Below, piece by piece: positions 21,361 to 31,868 of a stretch of 64,000 bases of DNA. Position 1 is the stretch's first letter. Each line of letters begins with the position of its first letter. The notes under the pieces are model-generated. The model was given only the letters and a program-made list of their open reading frames with translations. It was not told where the DNA came from and did no database searches. The stretch lies in NCBI RefSeq assembly GCF_054482525.1, contig NZ_CM137006.1. One strand, written 5' to 3'. The position numbers were made by a program, and so were the translations under genes.

Positions 21361-21601
21361 GACGACTCCCTTTGATGAACCGATATTTTTGCTGCTTCAC
21401 AATGCTTCGCTAAGCGTAATCATCGTTACGCTCTTGTTATAAATGGGAATGGTAATCATTATTTTCTCAAATGTGGAGCATTTCTTGCCGTTACGACTAC
21501 AATTTTCTCAATTACTTAACGTATTGTGCCGTTTCGTTTTCCATAAATTTACAATTTTATTACCATGACGGCGTTTTCCCATACTTAACCTGGCTTTTTT
21601 C

Positions 21602-23704
21602 ATGAAGATTTTTTCCGTCCGACAGACCGTTTTGCCCGCGCTGCTTGTCCTTTCCCCCACCGTTTTTGCCGCTGATGAACAGACCATGATTGTCAGTGCC
21701 GCGCCGCAGGTGGTTTCAGAACTGGATACCCCAGCAGCCGTTAGCGTGGTGGATGGCGAGGAGATGCGCCTAGCAACACCGCGCATTAACTTGTCCGAAT
21801 CACTGACCAGCGTGCCTGGTTTGCAGGTACAAAACCGGCAGAACTATGCGCAAGATTTACAGCTGTCGATTCGCGGATTTGGCTCCCGCTCCACTTACGG
21901 AATTCGCGGTATTCGCCTGTATGTTGACGGTATTCCCGCTACCATGCCCGACGGACAAGGGCAGACATCCAATATCGATTTAAGCAGTGTGCAAAATGTG
22001 GAAGTGCTGCGTGGCCCCTTCTCTGCCCTGTATGGCAACGCCTCCGGCGGGGTGATGAATGTCACTACGCAAACCGGACAGCAACCGCCAACCATTGAAG
22101 CCAGTAGTTACTACGGCAGTTTTGGCAGCTGGCGCTATGGGCTGAAAGCAACGGGCGCAACGGGCGACGGCACACAGCCTGGCGATGTCGATTACACCGT
22201 CTCAACCACGCGCTTTACGACCCACGGCTATCGTGACCATAGCGGCGCACAGAAAAATTTGGCCAATGCCAAACTGGGCGTACGCATTGATGAAGCCAGT
22301 AAATTAAACCTGATTTTCAATAGTGTGGATATCAAAGCAGATGACCCTGGTGGGCTAACCAAAGCAGAATGGAAGGCGAATCCACAACAAGCGCCTCGTG
22401 CAGAACAGTACGACACGCGAAAAACCATCAAGCAAACTCAGGCTGGGTTGCGCTATGAACGTAGCCTGAGCGCACAAGATGATATGAGTGTAATGATGTA
22501 TGCCGGAGAGCGAGAAACGACCCAGTACCAGTCAATACCCATGGCACCACAACTTAACCCGTCGCATGCGGGCGGCGTGATTACTCTGCAACGCCATTAT
22601 CAGGGGATAGACAGCCGCTGGACACACCGTGGCGAGCTGGGCGTTCCGCTCACGTTCACTACCGGCCTGAACTACGAAAACATGAGTGAAAATCGCAAAG
22701 GCTACAATAACTTCCGCCTGAATAGCGGCGTGCCGGAATACGGGCAAAAAGGTGAGTTGCGCCGCGACGAACGCAATCTGATGTGGAACGTCGATCCCTA
22801 TTTACAGACGCAGTGGCAGCTGAGCGAAAAACTGTCGCTGGATGCTGGCGTGCGCTACAGCTCCGTGTGGTTTGATTCCAACGACCATTACGTTACTCCG
22901 GGTAACGGCGATGACAGCGGTGATGCCAGTTATCACAAATGGCTACCTGCCGGTTCGTTAAAATATGCAATGACCGATGCCTGGAATATCTATCTGGCAG
23001 CCGGGCGAGGTTTTGAAACGCCGACGATTAATGAGCTGTCTTATCGTGCTGACGGTCAAAGCGGTATGAACTTTGGTTTAAAACCATCCACCAACGATAC
23101 AATTGAGATCGGCAGTAAAACGCGTATTGGTTATGGGCTGCTTAGTCTCGCATTGTTCCAGACCGACACCGATGATGAAATTGTTGTCGATAGCAGTAGC
23201 GGTGGGCGTACGACTTACAAAAATGCCGGAAAGACCCGTCGTCAAGGCGCTGAACTGGCATGGGATCAACGTTTCGCGGGAGATTTTCGCGTAAAAGCGT
23301 CCTGGACCTGGCTTGATGCGACCTATCGCAGCAATGTGTGCAATGAACAGGATTGTAACGGTAACCGGATGCCAGGAATCGCCCGTAATATGGGCTTTGC
23401 GTCGATAGGTTATGTACCGGAAGATGGCTGGTATGCAGGTACGGAAGCGCGTTATATGGGCGATATTATGGCAGATGATGAAAATACGGCCAAAGCGCCG
23501 TCTTATACTCTCGTCGGCTTATTCACCGGGTATAAATACAATTACCACAATTTAACTGTGGATTTATTTGGTCGTGTCGATAATTTATTCGATAAAGAAT
23601 ACGTTGGTTCTGTCATTGTCAATGAGTCAAACGGGCGATATTACGAACCTGCGCCCGGGCGAAATTATGGTGTGGGCATGAATATTGCGTGGCGATTTGA
23701 GTAA
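21602..23704 (+). CDS. yncD: TonB-dependent outer-membrane receptor
   Basis: 700 aa; signal peptide, plug and beta-barrel sequence, C-terminal ...AWRFE aromatic terminus. Confidence 0.9.
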   Translation: MKIFSVRQTVLPALLVLSPTVFAADEQTMIVSAAPQVVSELDTPAAVSVVDGEEMRLATPRINLSESLTSVPGLQVQNRQNYAQDLQLSIRGFGSRSTYGIRGIRLYVDGIPATMPDGQGQTSNIDLSSVQNVEVLRGPFSALYGNASGGVMNVTTQTGQQPPTIEASSYYGSFGSWRYGLKATGATGDGTQPGDVDYTVSTTRFTTHGYRDHSGAQKNLANAKLGVRIDEASKLNLIFNSVDIKADDPGGLTKAEWKANPQQAPRAEQYDTRKTIKQTQAGLRYERSLSAQDDMSVMMYAGERETTQYQSIPMAPQLNPSHAGGVITLQRHYQGIDSRWTHRGELGVPLTFTTGLNYENMSENRKGYNNFRLNSGVPEYGQKGELRRDERNLMWNVDPYLQTQWQLSEKLSLDAGVRYSSVWFDSNDHYVTPGNGDDSGDASYHKWLPAGSLKYAMTDAWNIYLAAGRGFETPTINELSYRADGQSGMNFGLKPSTNDTIEIGSKTRIGYGLLSLALFQTDTDDEIVVDSSSGGRTTYKNAGKTRRQGAELAWDQRFAGDFRVKASWTWLDATYRSNVCNEQDCNGNRMPGIARNMGFASIGYVPEDGWYAGTEARYMGDIMADDENTAKAPSYTLVGLFTGYKYNYHNLTVDLFGRVDNLFDKEYVGSVIVNESNGRYYEPAPGRNYGVGMNIAWRFE

Positions 23705-23712
23705 TTACCTTG

Positions 23713-23734
23713 ATGCCCGGTATTTGCCGGGCAT
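23713..23734. terminator. Hairpin between convergent yncD and mcbR
   Basis: atgcccgg tattt gccgggcat immediately after the yncD stop. Confidence 0.5.
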
Positions 23735-23739
23735 TTACT

Positions 23740-24405
23740 TTAACGATTGTATTGCTGGTATAAAATAGCAATATTTTGTTGCATAATTTCAGCAAGACAA
23801 TGTCTGCATCCCTCTTTGTCTTTTGCTTTTAACGCGGCGAGTAATAGACGATAGTTTTCTATACGCTCCCGTAATTCCGCTGGATTAATCGCTTCATAGA
23901 GATAATGTAAACCAGGTCCCATCCTGACCCACAGTTGCTCAATCATCTCACACAGGATGGGCATATTTGAACGATGATAAATCGCTAAGCGAAATAGCCT
24001 GTTCGCATTAATGATTTGTTCCATGTCGCCCTTTTCTTGCGCCCGCTGTAATTTCTCGAGCAATTCCTCGAGTTCCGCCAGGTCTTGCGGGGTGAGGTTT
24101 TCAACAGCCAGAGTAACTGCCATTAATTCCAGCTCGTAGCGGATCCGATTGATTTCGTCTAATTGACGTTTCCCCACTTCCGGAACTGTAAATGCTTGCG
24201 CTGGTGCGACAGAAAGCGCATTCACCGAAACCAGACGTAATAATGCTTCACGCACAGGTGTAATACTCATACCTAATTGCTCCGCCAGATTTTTAGTAAT
24301 CAGGCGTGCGCCAGGTTTTAGTGCGCCAATACTAAGCTGATGTTTCAGGTCATTCTCAACCTGCAGAGTCAAACTGACATGTTTCATTTTTTCCGTTCCA
24401 GGCAT
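23740..24405 (-). CDS. mcbR: GntR-family transcriptional regulator
   Basis: 221 aa from MPGTEKMKHVSLTLQ...; N-terminal winged helix and FCD-like C-terminus. The track ORF has a 19-codon upstream extension. Confidence 0.85.
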   Translation of the reverse strand: MPGTEKMKHVSLTLQVENDLKHQLSIGALKPGARLITKNLAEQLGMSITPVREALLRLVSVNALSVAPAQAFTVPEVGKRQLDEINRIRYELELMAVTLAVENLTPQDLAELEELLEKLQRAQEKGDMEQIINANRLFRLAIYHRSNMPILCEMIEQLWVRMGPGLHYLYEAINPAELRERIENYRLLLAALKAKDKEGCRHCLAEIMQQNIAILYQQYNR

Positions 24406-24603
24406 TTTAATTCCTTCGCGTGTTTTCTGTCCAACCCTGCCTGCATGGCAGAAGGAGTTCACCTGGGGTATTAAAGTGAATAATCATAAACCACTCACCT
24501 TTATTGTTATTAGCAGCAGAACAATGACGTGGTTAGTTAATTAAAGCTGAAAATAAGCTTTTTGCCTGGATTTTTATGGCGGCTTTACGCCGCCGTCGTA
24601 TCT

Positions 24604-25641
24604 TTAATCATCACCCGCCACGCGGATCACCACTTTGCCGAAGTTTTTACCCTTCAGCAGGCCGATAAACGTCTGTGGCGCATTCTCTAAACCGTCAGTA
24701 ATTTCTTCGCGGTAGTGGATTTTATCCTCTTTCACCCATTGCCCCATCTCCTTCTGAAACTCATGGATGCGGTGACCATAATCCTGAGCGATAATAAATC
24801 CTTGCAGGCGAATACGTTTTTTCAGCACCGTAGCCATCAACAGAGGTAATCGATCCGGGCCGGGTGGTAGCTCTGTAGCGTTATAGCTGCTCACTAAGCC
24901 GCAGACGGGAATGCGCGCAGATGTATTAAGTAACGGTAGCACCGCATCAAATACTTTACCGCCCACGTTTTCATAATAGATATCAACGCCTTTTGGGCAC
25001 GCTTTCGCCAGTTGTTCGGCAAAATCATCCGCGTGATGGTCAAGACAAACATCGAAGCCCAGCACCTCAGTAGCATGGCGGCATTTTTCCACGCCACCGG
25101 CCACCCCAACCACTCTACAACCTTTAAGTTTGCCGATTTGCCCCACCGTCGCCCCTACTGGTCCTGTCGCCGCAGCTACCACCAGCGTTTCGCCCTCTTT
25201 AGGCTGACCGATATCCAGTAGGCCCATATAAGCAGTAAAGCCTGGCATCCCCAGCACACCCAGCGACCACGATGGATTTTGCGGATGATCGCCAAGTTTC
25301 ACCAAATCATCACCACTGGATATGTCATAGTCCTGCCATCCACTGTAGCCCAGCACCCAGTCGCCAGGCTGATAATCAGGATGATTCGACTCCACGACAC
25401 GGCTCACCGTGCCGCCGACCATAACGCCGCCAATATCAACAGGCGGTGAATAAGATGGTTCATCGCTCATACGTCCACGCATATACGGGTCCAGGGACAA
25501 ATAAACTGTGCGCAGTAACACCTGTCCTTCACCCGGTGTGGCGACATCATCTTCTTCAAGACGGAAATTCTCCGGAACCGGCGCGCCATGCGGACGCGAG
25601 GCCAGAACCCAACGGCGGTTACGCTGCTTTTGTTGCCCCAT
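24604..25641 (-). CDS. curA: NADPH-dependent curcumin/dihydrocurcumin reductase (medium-chain dehydrogenase)
   Basis: 345 aa from MGQQKQRNRRWVLASRPHG...; zinc-independent MDR fold. Confidence 0.85.
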   Translation of the reverse strand: MGQQKQRNRRWVLASRPHGAPVPENFRLEEDDVATPGEGQVLLRTVYLSLDPYMRGRMSDEPSYSPPVDIGGVMVGGTVSRVVESNHPDYQPGDWVLGYSGWQDYDISSGDDLVKLGDHPQNPSWSLGVLGMPGFTAYMGLLDIGQPKEGETLVVAAATGPVGATVGQIGKLKGCRVVGVAGGVEKCRHATEVLGFDVCLDHHADDFAEQLAKACPKGVDIYYENVGGKVFDAVLPLLNTSARIPVCGLVSSYNATELPPGPDRLPLLMATVLKKRIRLQGFIIAQDYGHRIHEFQKEMGQWVKEDKIHYREEITDGLENAPQTFIGLLKGKNFGKVVIRVAGDD

Positions 25642-25821
25642 AATGCTCTCCTGTGCTTTTGGCATGAATCCATCAATAGTAGCAGGCTCGCAGGAATGGT
25701 TTTGTTTGCAGCCGTCACATCCCCTCTGCAACACGCAATAATTTCATCGAGGAATCCGTTGCTTCGGGCTGTTTTCGATAGTATTGATAACGTCATCATC
25801 ATTATTTAATCGAGGCCAAAC

Positions 25822-26340
25822 ATGTCCATCCGTTTTGCCCGCAAAGCCGACTGTGCTGCCATTGCGGAAATTTATAACCACGCCGTGTTGTATACGGCGG
25901 CTATCTGGAATGACCAAACGGTGGATGCAGATAACCGCATTGCCTGGTTTGAAGCGCGGACCATAGCAGGTTATCCGGTGCTGGTGAGCGAAGAAGATGG
26001 CGTAGTGACGGGATATGCCTCGTTTGGCGACTGGCGTAGTTTCGATGGTTTTCGCCATACCGTGGAACATTCGGTTTATGTCCATCCCGATCATCAGGGC
26101 AAAGGTCTGGGGCGTAAATTGTTAAGCCGATTGATTGATGAAGCGCGGGATTGCGGGAAGCATGTCATGGTCGCCGGGATCGAATCGCAAAACCAGGCCT
26201 CGCTGCATCTCCACCAGACGCTGGGATTTGTCGTCACCGCACAAATGCCGCAGGTAGGCACTAAATTTGGTCGTTGGCTGGATCTGACATTTATGCAGTT
26301 GCAACTCGACGAGCGCACTGAACCGGACGCGATTGGATGA
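25822..26340 (+). CDS. mnaT: GNAT-family L-amino acid N-acyltransferase
   Basis: 172 aa; GNAT motifs; divergent from curA. Confidence 0.85.
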   Translation: MSIRFARKADCAAIAEIYNHAVLYTAAIWNDQTVDADNRIAWFEARTIAGYPVLVSEEDGVVTGYASFGDWRSFDGFRHTVEHSVYVHPDHQGKGLGRKLLSRLIDEARDCGKHVMVAGIESQNQASLHLHQTLGFVVTAQMPQVGTKFGRWLDLTFMQLQLDERTEPDAIG

Positions 26341-26786
26341 ATCAGTCGCTCACCCTTGCTTTTTTGATTGCCGCCGGAATTGGTCTGGTAGTCCAGAACA
26401 CGCTGATGGTGCGCATCACCCAGACCTCCTCTACCATTCTCATCGCCATGTTGCTGAACTCACTGGTGGGGATTGTGCTCTTTGTTTCTATTTTATGGTT
26501 TAAACAAGGTATGGCGGGGTTTGGCGAACTGGTGTCCAACGTGCGCTGGTGGACACTTATACCTGGCTTGCTGGGATCGTTTTTTGTCTTCGCCAGTATC
26601 AGCGGATATCAGAATGTGGGAGCGGCGACAACTATTGCGGTACTGGTCGCCAGCCAGCTGATTGGCGGTCTGGTGCTGGATATCTTCCGCAGCCATGGCG
26701 TACCACTACGGGCGTTGATCGGCCCAATTTGTGGCGCAATTTTACTTGTGGTTGGTGCCTGGCTGGTGGCCAGGCGCACATTTTAA
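26337..26786 (+). CDS. ydcZ: DUF606-family inner membrane protein
   Basis: 149 aa, hydrophobic; ATGA overlap with mnaT stop. Confidence 0.8.
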   Translation: MNQSLTLAFLIAAGIGLVVQNTLMVRITQTSSTILIAMLLNSLVGIVLFVSILWFKQGMAGFGELVSNVRWWTLIPGLLGSFFVFASISGYQNVGAATTIAVLVASQLIGGLVLDIFRSHGVPLRALIGPICGAILLVVGAWLVARRTF

Positions 26787-27020
26787 TCAGAGGATGGTGC
26801 CACCTTTGGTTAACTGTTCGTGGCGCGCTTCCATATCTTCTTTATGTTTGCGACCGTGATGGGCGATCGCTGTGCGCAGACGCTGCTGCTGGGTATAGCG
26901 ATCTTCCCGACTTAACTCCGCATCATCGCTCAGGGCGATTAATAATTCGTTCATATGGGCAATGACGCTCTCTTCAATCGCGGCATCCACGCGCGCGATG
27001 ACTTCATCCAGATGCGACAT
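26787..27020 (-). CDS. ydcY: Small uncharacterized protein (77 aa)
   Basis: 77-aa ORF at the conserved position. Confidence 0.7.
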   Translation of the reverse strand: MSHLDEVIARVDAAIEESVIAHMNELLIALSDDAELSREDRYTQQQRLRTAIAHHGRKHKEDMEARHEQLTKGGTIL

Positions 27021-27105
27021 ACTTTCTCCTTAGCCACTTGTGAAATTTATCGATTCATCCAAATGATATAAGTCTGCGTGGTGTCGTCAAGCCAGTAAGT
27101 AAGAT

Positions 27106-27279
27106 TTAAAACAGTGAAAACAACAGCGCCACCGGGAAACTCATCGGCCATGTTGCCCCCACCAGAAAGGCGCTTAAGAAACGGATGCGTTTCTTATCGT
27201 GAGAAAGAAACCAGGTGATAAGAAATGCGATTGCTGCCATAACCGCATAAAAAACAAGCATGTGTTGATAGAGAGACAT
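27106..27279 (-). CDS. ortT: Orphan small membrane toxin (GhoT-like)
   Basis: 57 aa from MSLYQHMLVFYAVMAAIAFLITWFLSHDKK...; two hydrophobic helices. The track ORF is extended 25 codons upstream. Confidence 0.7.
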   Translation of the reverse strand: MSLYQHMLVFYAVMAAIAFLITWFLSHDKKRIRFLSAFLVGATWPMSFPVALLFSLF

Positions 27280-27473
27280 GTACGGGCGTCCAGCCAGATG
27301 AATAAAACGCGCGCAAATATGCGTCATTTTTTGACGTGCATCAAGTTTTTTCACCAGTTTGAGAAAAAATCATCAAACAGCAACTTGCCCTTATCCATCT
27401 TCAGAATGAGTATTATTGCGGATTTTCTTAACCCGTACTATACACATAGGGGCAATGATAAAAGGTGGCAAAA

Positions 27474-27569
27474 ATGAATGTTTCCAGTAGAACTGTAGTA
27501 CTGATAAATGTCTTTGCTGCTGTTGGTTTGTTTACTCTTATCTCTATGAGATTTGGCTGGTTTATTTGA
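27474..27569 (+). CDS. yncL: 31-aa small membrane protein
   Basis: ATG at 27474: MNVSSRTVVLINVFAAVGLFTLISMRFGWFI*; single hydrophobic helix; not in the ORF track (below 60 aa). Confidence 0.6.
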   Translation: MNVSSRTVVLINVFAAVGLFTLISMRFGWFI

Positions 27570-27665
27570 TGTAGTGATTTTGCACGCAGCACGTACTGTC
27601 AGAGAAATCAGTGCTCTGACAGTACGCAAGATCATCTCATACTCTTACGATCTGCAATATTATCC

Positions 27666-29090
27666 TTAATGTTTAACCATGACGTGGCGGACGACGGTGT
27701 AATCCTCCAGCCCATAAAGTGACATATCCTTGCCGTAACCAGAAAGTTTCTGCCCACCGTGCGGCATTTCACTTACCAGCATGAAATGGGTATTGACCCA
27801 GGTACAACCATATTGCAGCCGCGCGCTGACGCGATGCGCCCTGCCCACATCTTTCGTCCATACCGAGGATGCAAGTCCGTACTGGCTGTCATTTGCCCAG
27901 TTTACCACCTGTTCTTCATTGTCGAAGAGCGTAACACTCACTACCGGACCAAATACCTCTTTTTGCACGATGGCATCGTCCTGTAATGCGCCAGCCAGTA
28001 GCGTCGGCGCATAGTAATAGCCATTACCCTTGAGCTTTTCACCGCCAGTGATCACTTTGATGTGCCCTGTCGCTTTCGCCTCTTCTACTGCCTTGCTGAC
28101 GCGTTCGAGATGCGCCAGCGAGCTTAAAGGTCCAAGCTCCGTAGACTCGTCATCCGGCGCACCAGATTTTAACGTTGCCACCGCAGCACCCAGTTTTTCC
28201 ACCAGCGTATCGTAAATGCCTTTTTGCGCGTAGATCCGACAAGCCGCAGTACAATCCTGTCCGGCATTGTAATAGCCAAATGTACGTACACCTTCGACCA
28301 CTGCTTCAATATCCGCATCATCAAAAACAATCACTGGCGCTTTGCCACCAAGTTCCATATGAGTACGCTTAATGGAGGGCGCGGTATGGCTGATGATGTG
28401 CTCGCCGGTGGCGATAGAGCCCGTCAGCGACACCATCCGCACTTTGGGATGACCGGTCAGCGGATCGCCCACCGTTTTGCCTCTGCCAAACAGTACGTTA
28501 ATCACGCCTGCCGGGAAGATATCTTTCGCCAGCTCTGCTAACTTCAACGCGGTCAGCGGGGTAATTTCTGATGGTTTAAGCACTACACAGTTCCCTGCCG
28601 CCAGCGCCGGAGCCAGTTTCCACGCGGCCATCATCAGCGGATAATTCCACGGTGCGATCGAAGCCACGACCCCCAACGGATCGCGACGGATCATCGAAGT
28701 ATGACCTTCAAGATATTCACCTGCCGCCAGACCATTCATACAGCGCGCCGCACCAGCGAAAAAGCGAAAAACATCGACAATCGCCGGGATTTCATCATTG
28801 AACGCACTATGCAGCGGTTTGCCACAATTACGGGACTCCAGTTCGGCAAAAACCTGACCATTTTCTTCGATAACATCAGCCAGTTTCAGCAGACATTCCG
28901 CACGCACTTTCGGCGTGGTTTGCCCCCATTCGGCAAATGCTGCATCTGCCGCGCGCACAGCAGCATCGACCTGCTCTGCGGATGCCTCGGCAATCTCCAG
29001 TAAAACGTCCCCCGTTGCCGGATTATAGACAGGCTGTTTTTCCCCTTCGCCGCTAACCAGTTCTCCGTTAATCAGTAACTTATGTTGCAT
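27666..29090 (-). CDS. patD: Gamma-aminobutyraldehyde dehydrogenase (aldehyde dehydrogenase family)
   Basis: 474 aa; ALDH motifs including the catalytic Cys region. Confidence 0.9.
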   Translation of the reverse strand: MQHKLLINGELVSGEGEKQPVYNPATGDVLLEIAEASAEQVDAAVRAADAAFAEWGQTTPKVRAECLLKLADVIEENGQVFAELESRNCGKPLHSAFNDEIPAIVDVFRFFAGAARCMNGLAAGEYLEGHTSMIRRDPLGVVASIAPWNYPLMMAAWKLAPALAAGNCVVLKPSEITPLTALKLAELAKDIFPAGVINVLFGRGKTVGDPLTGHPKVRMVSLTGSIATGEHIISHTAPSIKRTHMELGGKAPVIVFDDADIEAVVEGVRTFGYYNAGQDCTAACRIYAQKGIYDTLVEKLGAAVATLKSGAPDDESTELGPLSSLAHLERVSKAVEEAKATGHIKVITGGEKLKGNGYYYAPTLLAGALQDDAIVQKEVFGPVVSVTLFDNEEQVVNWANDSQYGLASSVWTKDVGRAHRVSARLQYGCTWVNTHFMLVSEMPHGGQKLSGYGKDMSLYGLEDYTVVRHVMVKH

Positions 29091-29111
29091 AGCATATTCC
29101 TGTATCAGTGG

Positions 29112-29906
29112 TTATTGACCATTGTCGCCTTCGCGGGTTAGCCACCAGGCTCCCAGGATCGGCAAGGTTGTTACCAACATAACCAGCAGTGCCACCACGT
29201 TAGTTACCGGTACATCACGCGGTCGCCCAAGCTGATTGAGCAACCACAACGGTAACGTTCGTTCATGACCTGCCGTAAAGGTCGTCACGATGATTTCATC
29301 GAACGACAAGGCAAACGCCAGCATTCCTCCTGCCAGTAGCGCCGAACTGAGATTCGGCAACACTACGTAGCGGAAGGTTTGCCAGCCATTGGCCCCAAGA
29401 TCCATTGACGCCTCAACCAGACTCCACGAGGTGCGGCGAAAACGGGCGATGACATTGTTAAACACCACCACTACGCAAAAAGTCGCATGGCCGACCACGA
29501 TGGTGAAAAATCCCGGCTCCAGATTGATGGTTTTAAAGGCGGTTAATAGCGCCAGACCAGTGACAATGCCCGGCAGCGCAATGGGCAGCAGCAGTAACAG
29601 CGAAATGGCATTTTTGCCGAAAAAGTCTCGTCGCCACAGCGCAGCTGCTGCCAGCGTCCCTAACACCAGCGCGATTAATGTCGCCAGCGCTGCCACTTTA
29701 AGTGACAGTGTCACTGCATCAAGAATATCACTACGCTGTGCTGCCACGCTAAACCAGCGCAGCGTCAGGCCTTGCGGTGGAAAACTAAACGCCGCATCTT
29801 CAGTGTTAAACGCATAGGCGGCGATTATCAGGATGGGAAAATGTAGGAAAACAACGCCGCCCCAGGCCGCCAGTTTGAGGAAAAACGGTGCGCGTTCAGA
29901 GTGCAT
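29112..29906 (-). CDS. ydcV: ABC transporter permease
   Basis: 264 aa membrane protein; overlaps the ydcU stop; fourth gene of ydcSTUV. Confidence 0.85.
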
Positions 29907-30837
29907 CGAACGCTCCCAGACGTTTCACGAACGCCAGGTACAGTGCGATAAGAACAATCGGCACCAGGGTGAATGCCGCCGCCATCGGCATATTGCCAAT
30001 CGCCCCCTGCTGGGAATAAACCATATTGCCGATAAAATATCCTGGCGGGCCAACCAGCTGCGGGACGATAAAATCGCCCAGTGTGAGTGAGAAGGTAAAG
30101 ATAGAGCCAGCGGCAATACCCGGGATCGCCAGCGGCAGCACCACATAGCGAAAGGTTTGTCGTGGACGTGCGCCGAGATCAGCTGACGCCTGCAACAATG
30201 ACGGCGGCAAACGCTCAAGCGCCGCCTGCACGGGCAGGATCATGAACGGCAGCCAGATATAGAGAAACACCAGAAAGCGCCCCAGCCCGGAAGTTGACAG
30301 CGTATTGCCGCCCACCGCAGGTAATGTAAGGAACGCAGTCAGCAGTGGTTCCAGCCCAAGATGTTGTAAAAACCACTGAGCCACGCCATCTTTTGCCAGC
30401 AATAACGTCCAGGCATAGGCTTTAACAATGTAGCTCGCCCACATCGGCAACATTACTGCAATATAAAAAAACGCTTTCATTTTCCCGCTGGTATAGCGCG
30501 CCATATACCACGCCATTGGAAAAGCCAGAATGGCGCTGGCGATAGTGACTGCCACAGCCATAGTCAGCGTGCGGAGAATGATGTCGTAATTCGCCGGATT
30601 AAACAGCGCACGGATATTCGCCAGCGTCAGTTCCGGCGTTACCGACATGGTGAAATCGTCAAAGGTATAAAATCCCTGCCATAACAGTGTCAGCAGCGAG
30701 CCGAAATAGACAATGCCAAACCACATTAGCGGGCCAAGCAGCAGTAAAAACAGCCCCAGCCCCGGATTACGCCAGAAGAAACCGGACACCTTACCCAGAC
30801 CTGGACGTGAAGGTGATTGCAATACATTCATCGCCAT
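29896..30837 (-). CDS. ydcU: ABC transporter permease
   Basis: 313 aa membrane protein. Confidence 0.85.
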
Positions 30838-31851
30838 TCACCTCTCCTCAACCAGCGGCACCATCACATCACGCGACCAGGAAACCATCACCTGTTGTCC
30901 GGGCGTGAGCGTGGCAGGCAGTTCTTCGCCTGTCATATTGGCCTGACTCACAAGCAGTTTTTCACCGCCGTTCAATTTCAGTTCAAAACGAGTTGCCGCG
31001 CCCTGATATTGCACCGCCTGGATCGTGCCATTGGCCTGCAGTTCACCAGGGGTGTTGAGGCGGATATGTTCCGGTCGCAGGGCGAAGCTTCCCGTCATGC
31101 CACAAAGTTTCTCTGCCATCAGTCCATCAAAAACATTCGATGTACCAACGAACCCGGCAACAAACGGCGTGCGCGGGCGCATATAGAGATCACGCGGGGA
31201 ATCGACCTGCTCAATGCGTCCATTATTGAAAACCGCCACACGATCGGACATCGATAACGCTTCGCCCTGATCGTGGGTAACGAAGATAAAAGTGATACCG
31301 AGAGACTGTTGCAGCTTTTTCAGTTCCAGTTGCATCTGCTCACGCAATTTGAGATCCAGTGCGCCGAGCGGTTCATCCAGCAATAACACACGCGGTTCGT
31401 TCACCAGTGCTCTGGCGATGGCGACTCGCTGGCGCTGACCACCAGAAAGTTGTGACGGTTTGCGTTGCTGTACAAACCCCAACGCCACTTTCTCCAGCGC
31501 CTCTTGCGCCATTGCGTGCCGCTGCTTTTTATTCACGCCTTTGACCATCAGCCCATAGGCGACATTGTCAAGAATCGACATATGCGGAAATAGTGCGTAG
31601 TCCTGGAAGACAGTATTCACGTCCCGCTCCCACGGTGGCAGATTGCTGGCGGGTTTACCAAAGATAGAGATAGCCCCGCCGGAAAGCTGTTCGAAGCCAG
31701 CAATCAGGCGCAGGCAGGTGGTTTTGCCGGAGCCGGACGGCCCCAGCATAGAGAAGAACTCACCATCTTTTATCGCAATACTGACGCCATCTACTGCGCG
31801 CACGTCACCGTACAACCGCGAGACGTTGTCAAACTCCACTGCGTACGTCAT
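30838..31851 (-). CDS. ydcT: ABC transporter ATP-binding protein
   Basis: 337 aa; Walker A GPSGSGKTT, signature LSGGQRQR, Walker B LLLDEP. Confidence 0.9.
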   Translation of the reverse strand: MTYAVEFDNVSRLYGDVRAVDGVSIAIKDGEFFSMLGPSGSGKTTCLRLIAGFEQLSGGAISIFGKPASNLPPWERDVNTVFQDYALFPHMSILDNVAYGLMVKGVNKKQRHAMAQEALEKVALGFVQQRKPSQLSGGQRQRVAIARALVNEPRVLLLDEPLGALDLKLREQMQLELKKLQQSLGITFIFVTHDQGEALSMSDRVAVFNNGRIEQVDSPRDLYMRPRTPFVAGFVGTSNVFDGLMAEKLCGMTGSFALRPEHIRLNTPGELQANGTIQAVQYQGAATRFELKLNGGEKLLVSQANMTGEELPATLTPGQQVMVSWSRDVMVPLVEER

Positions 31852-31868
31852 AAAACACCCCAGCGAAG

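Noticed and set aside
24575-24596. GC-rich hairpin ggcggc tttac gccgcc downstream of curA, considered as its terminator
   Set aside because: On the minus-strand transcript the stem is followed by an A-run rather than a U-run, so it does not fit an intrinsic terminator for curA; left unannotated.
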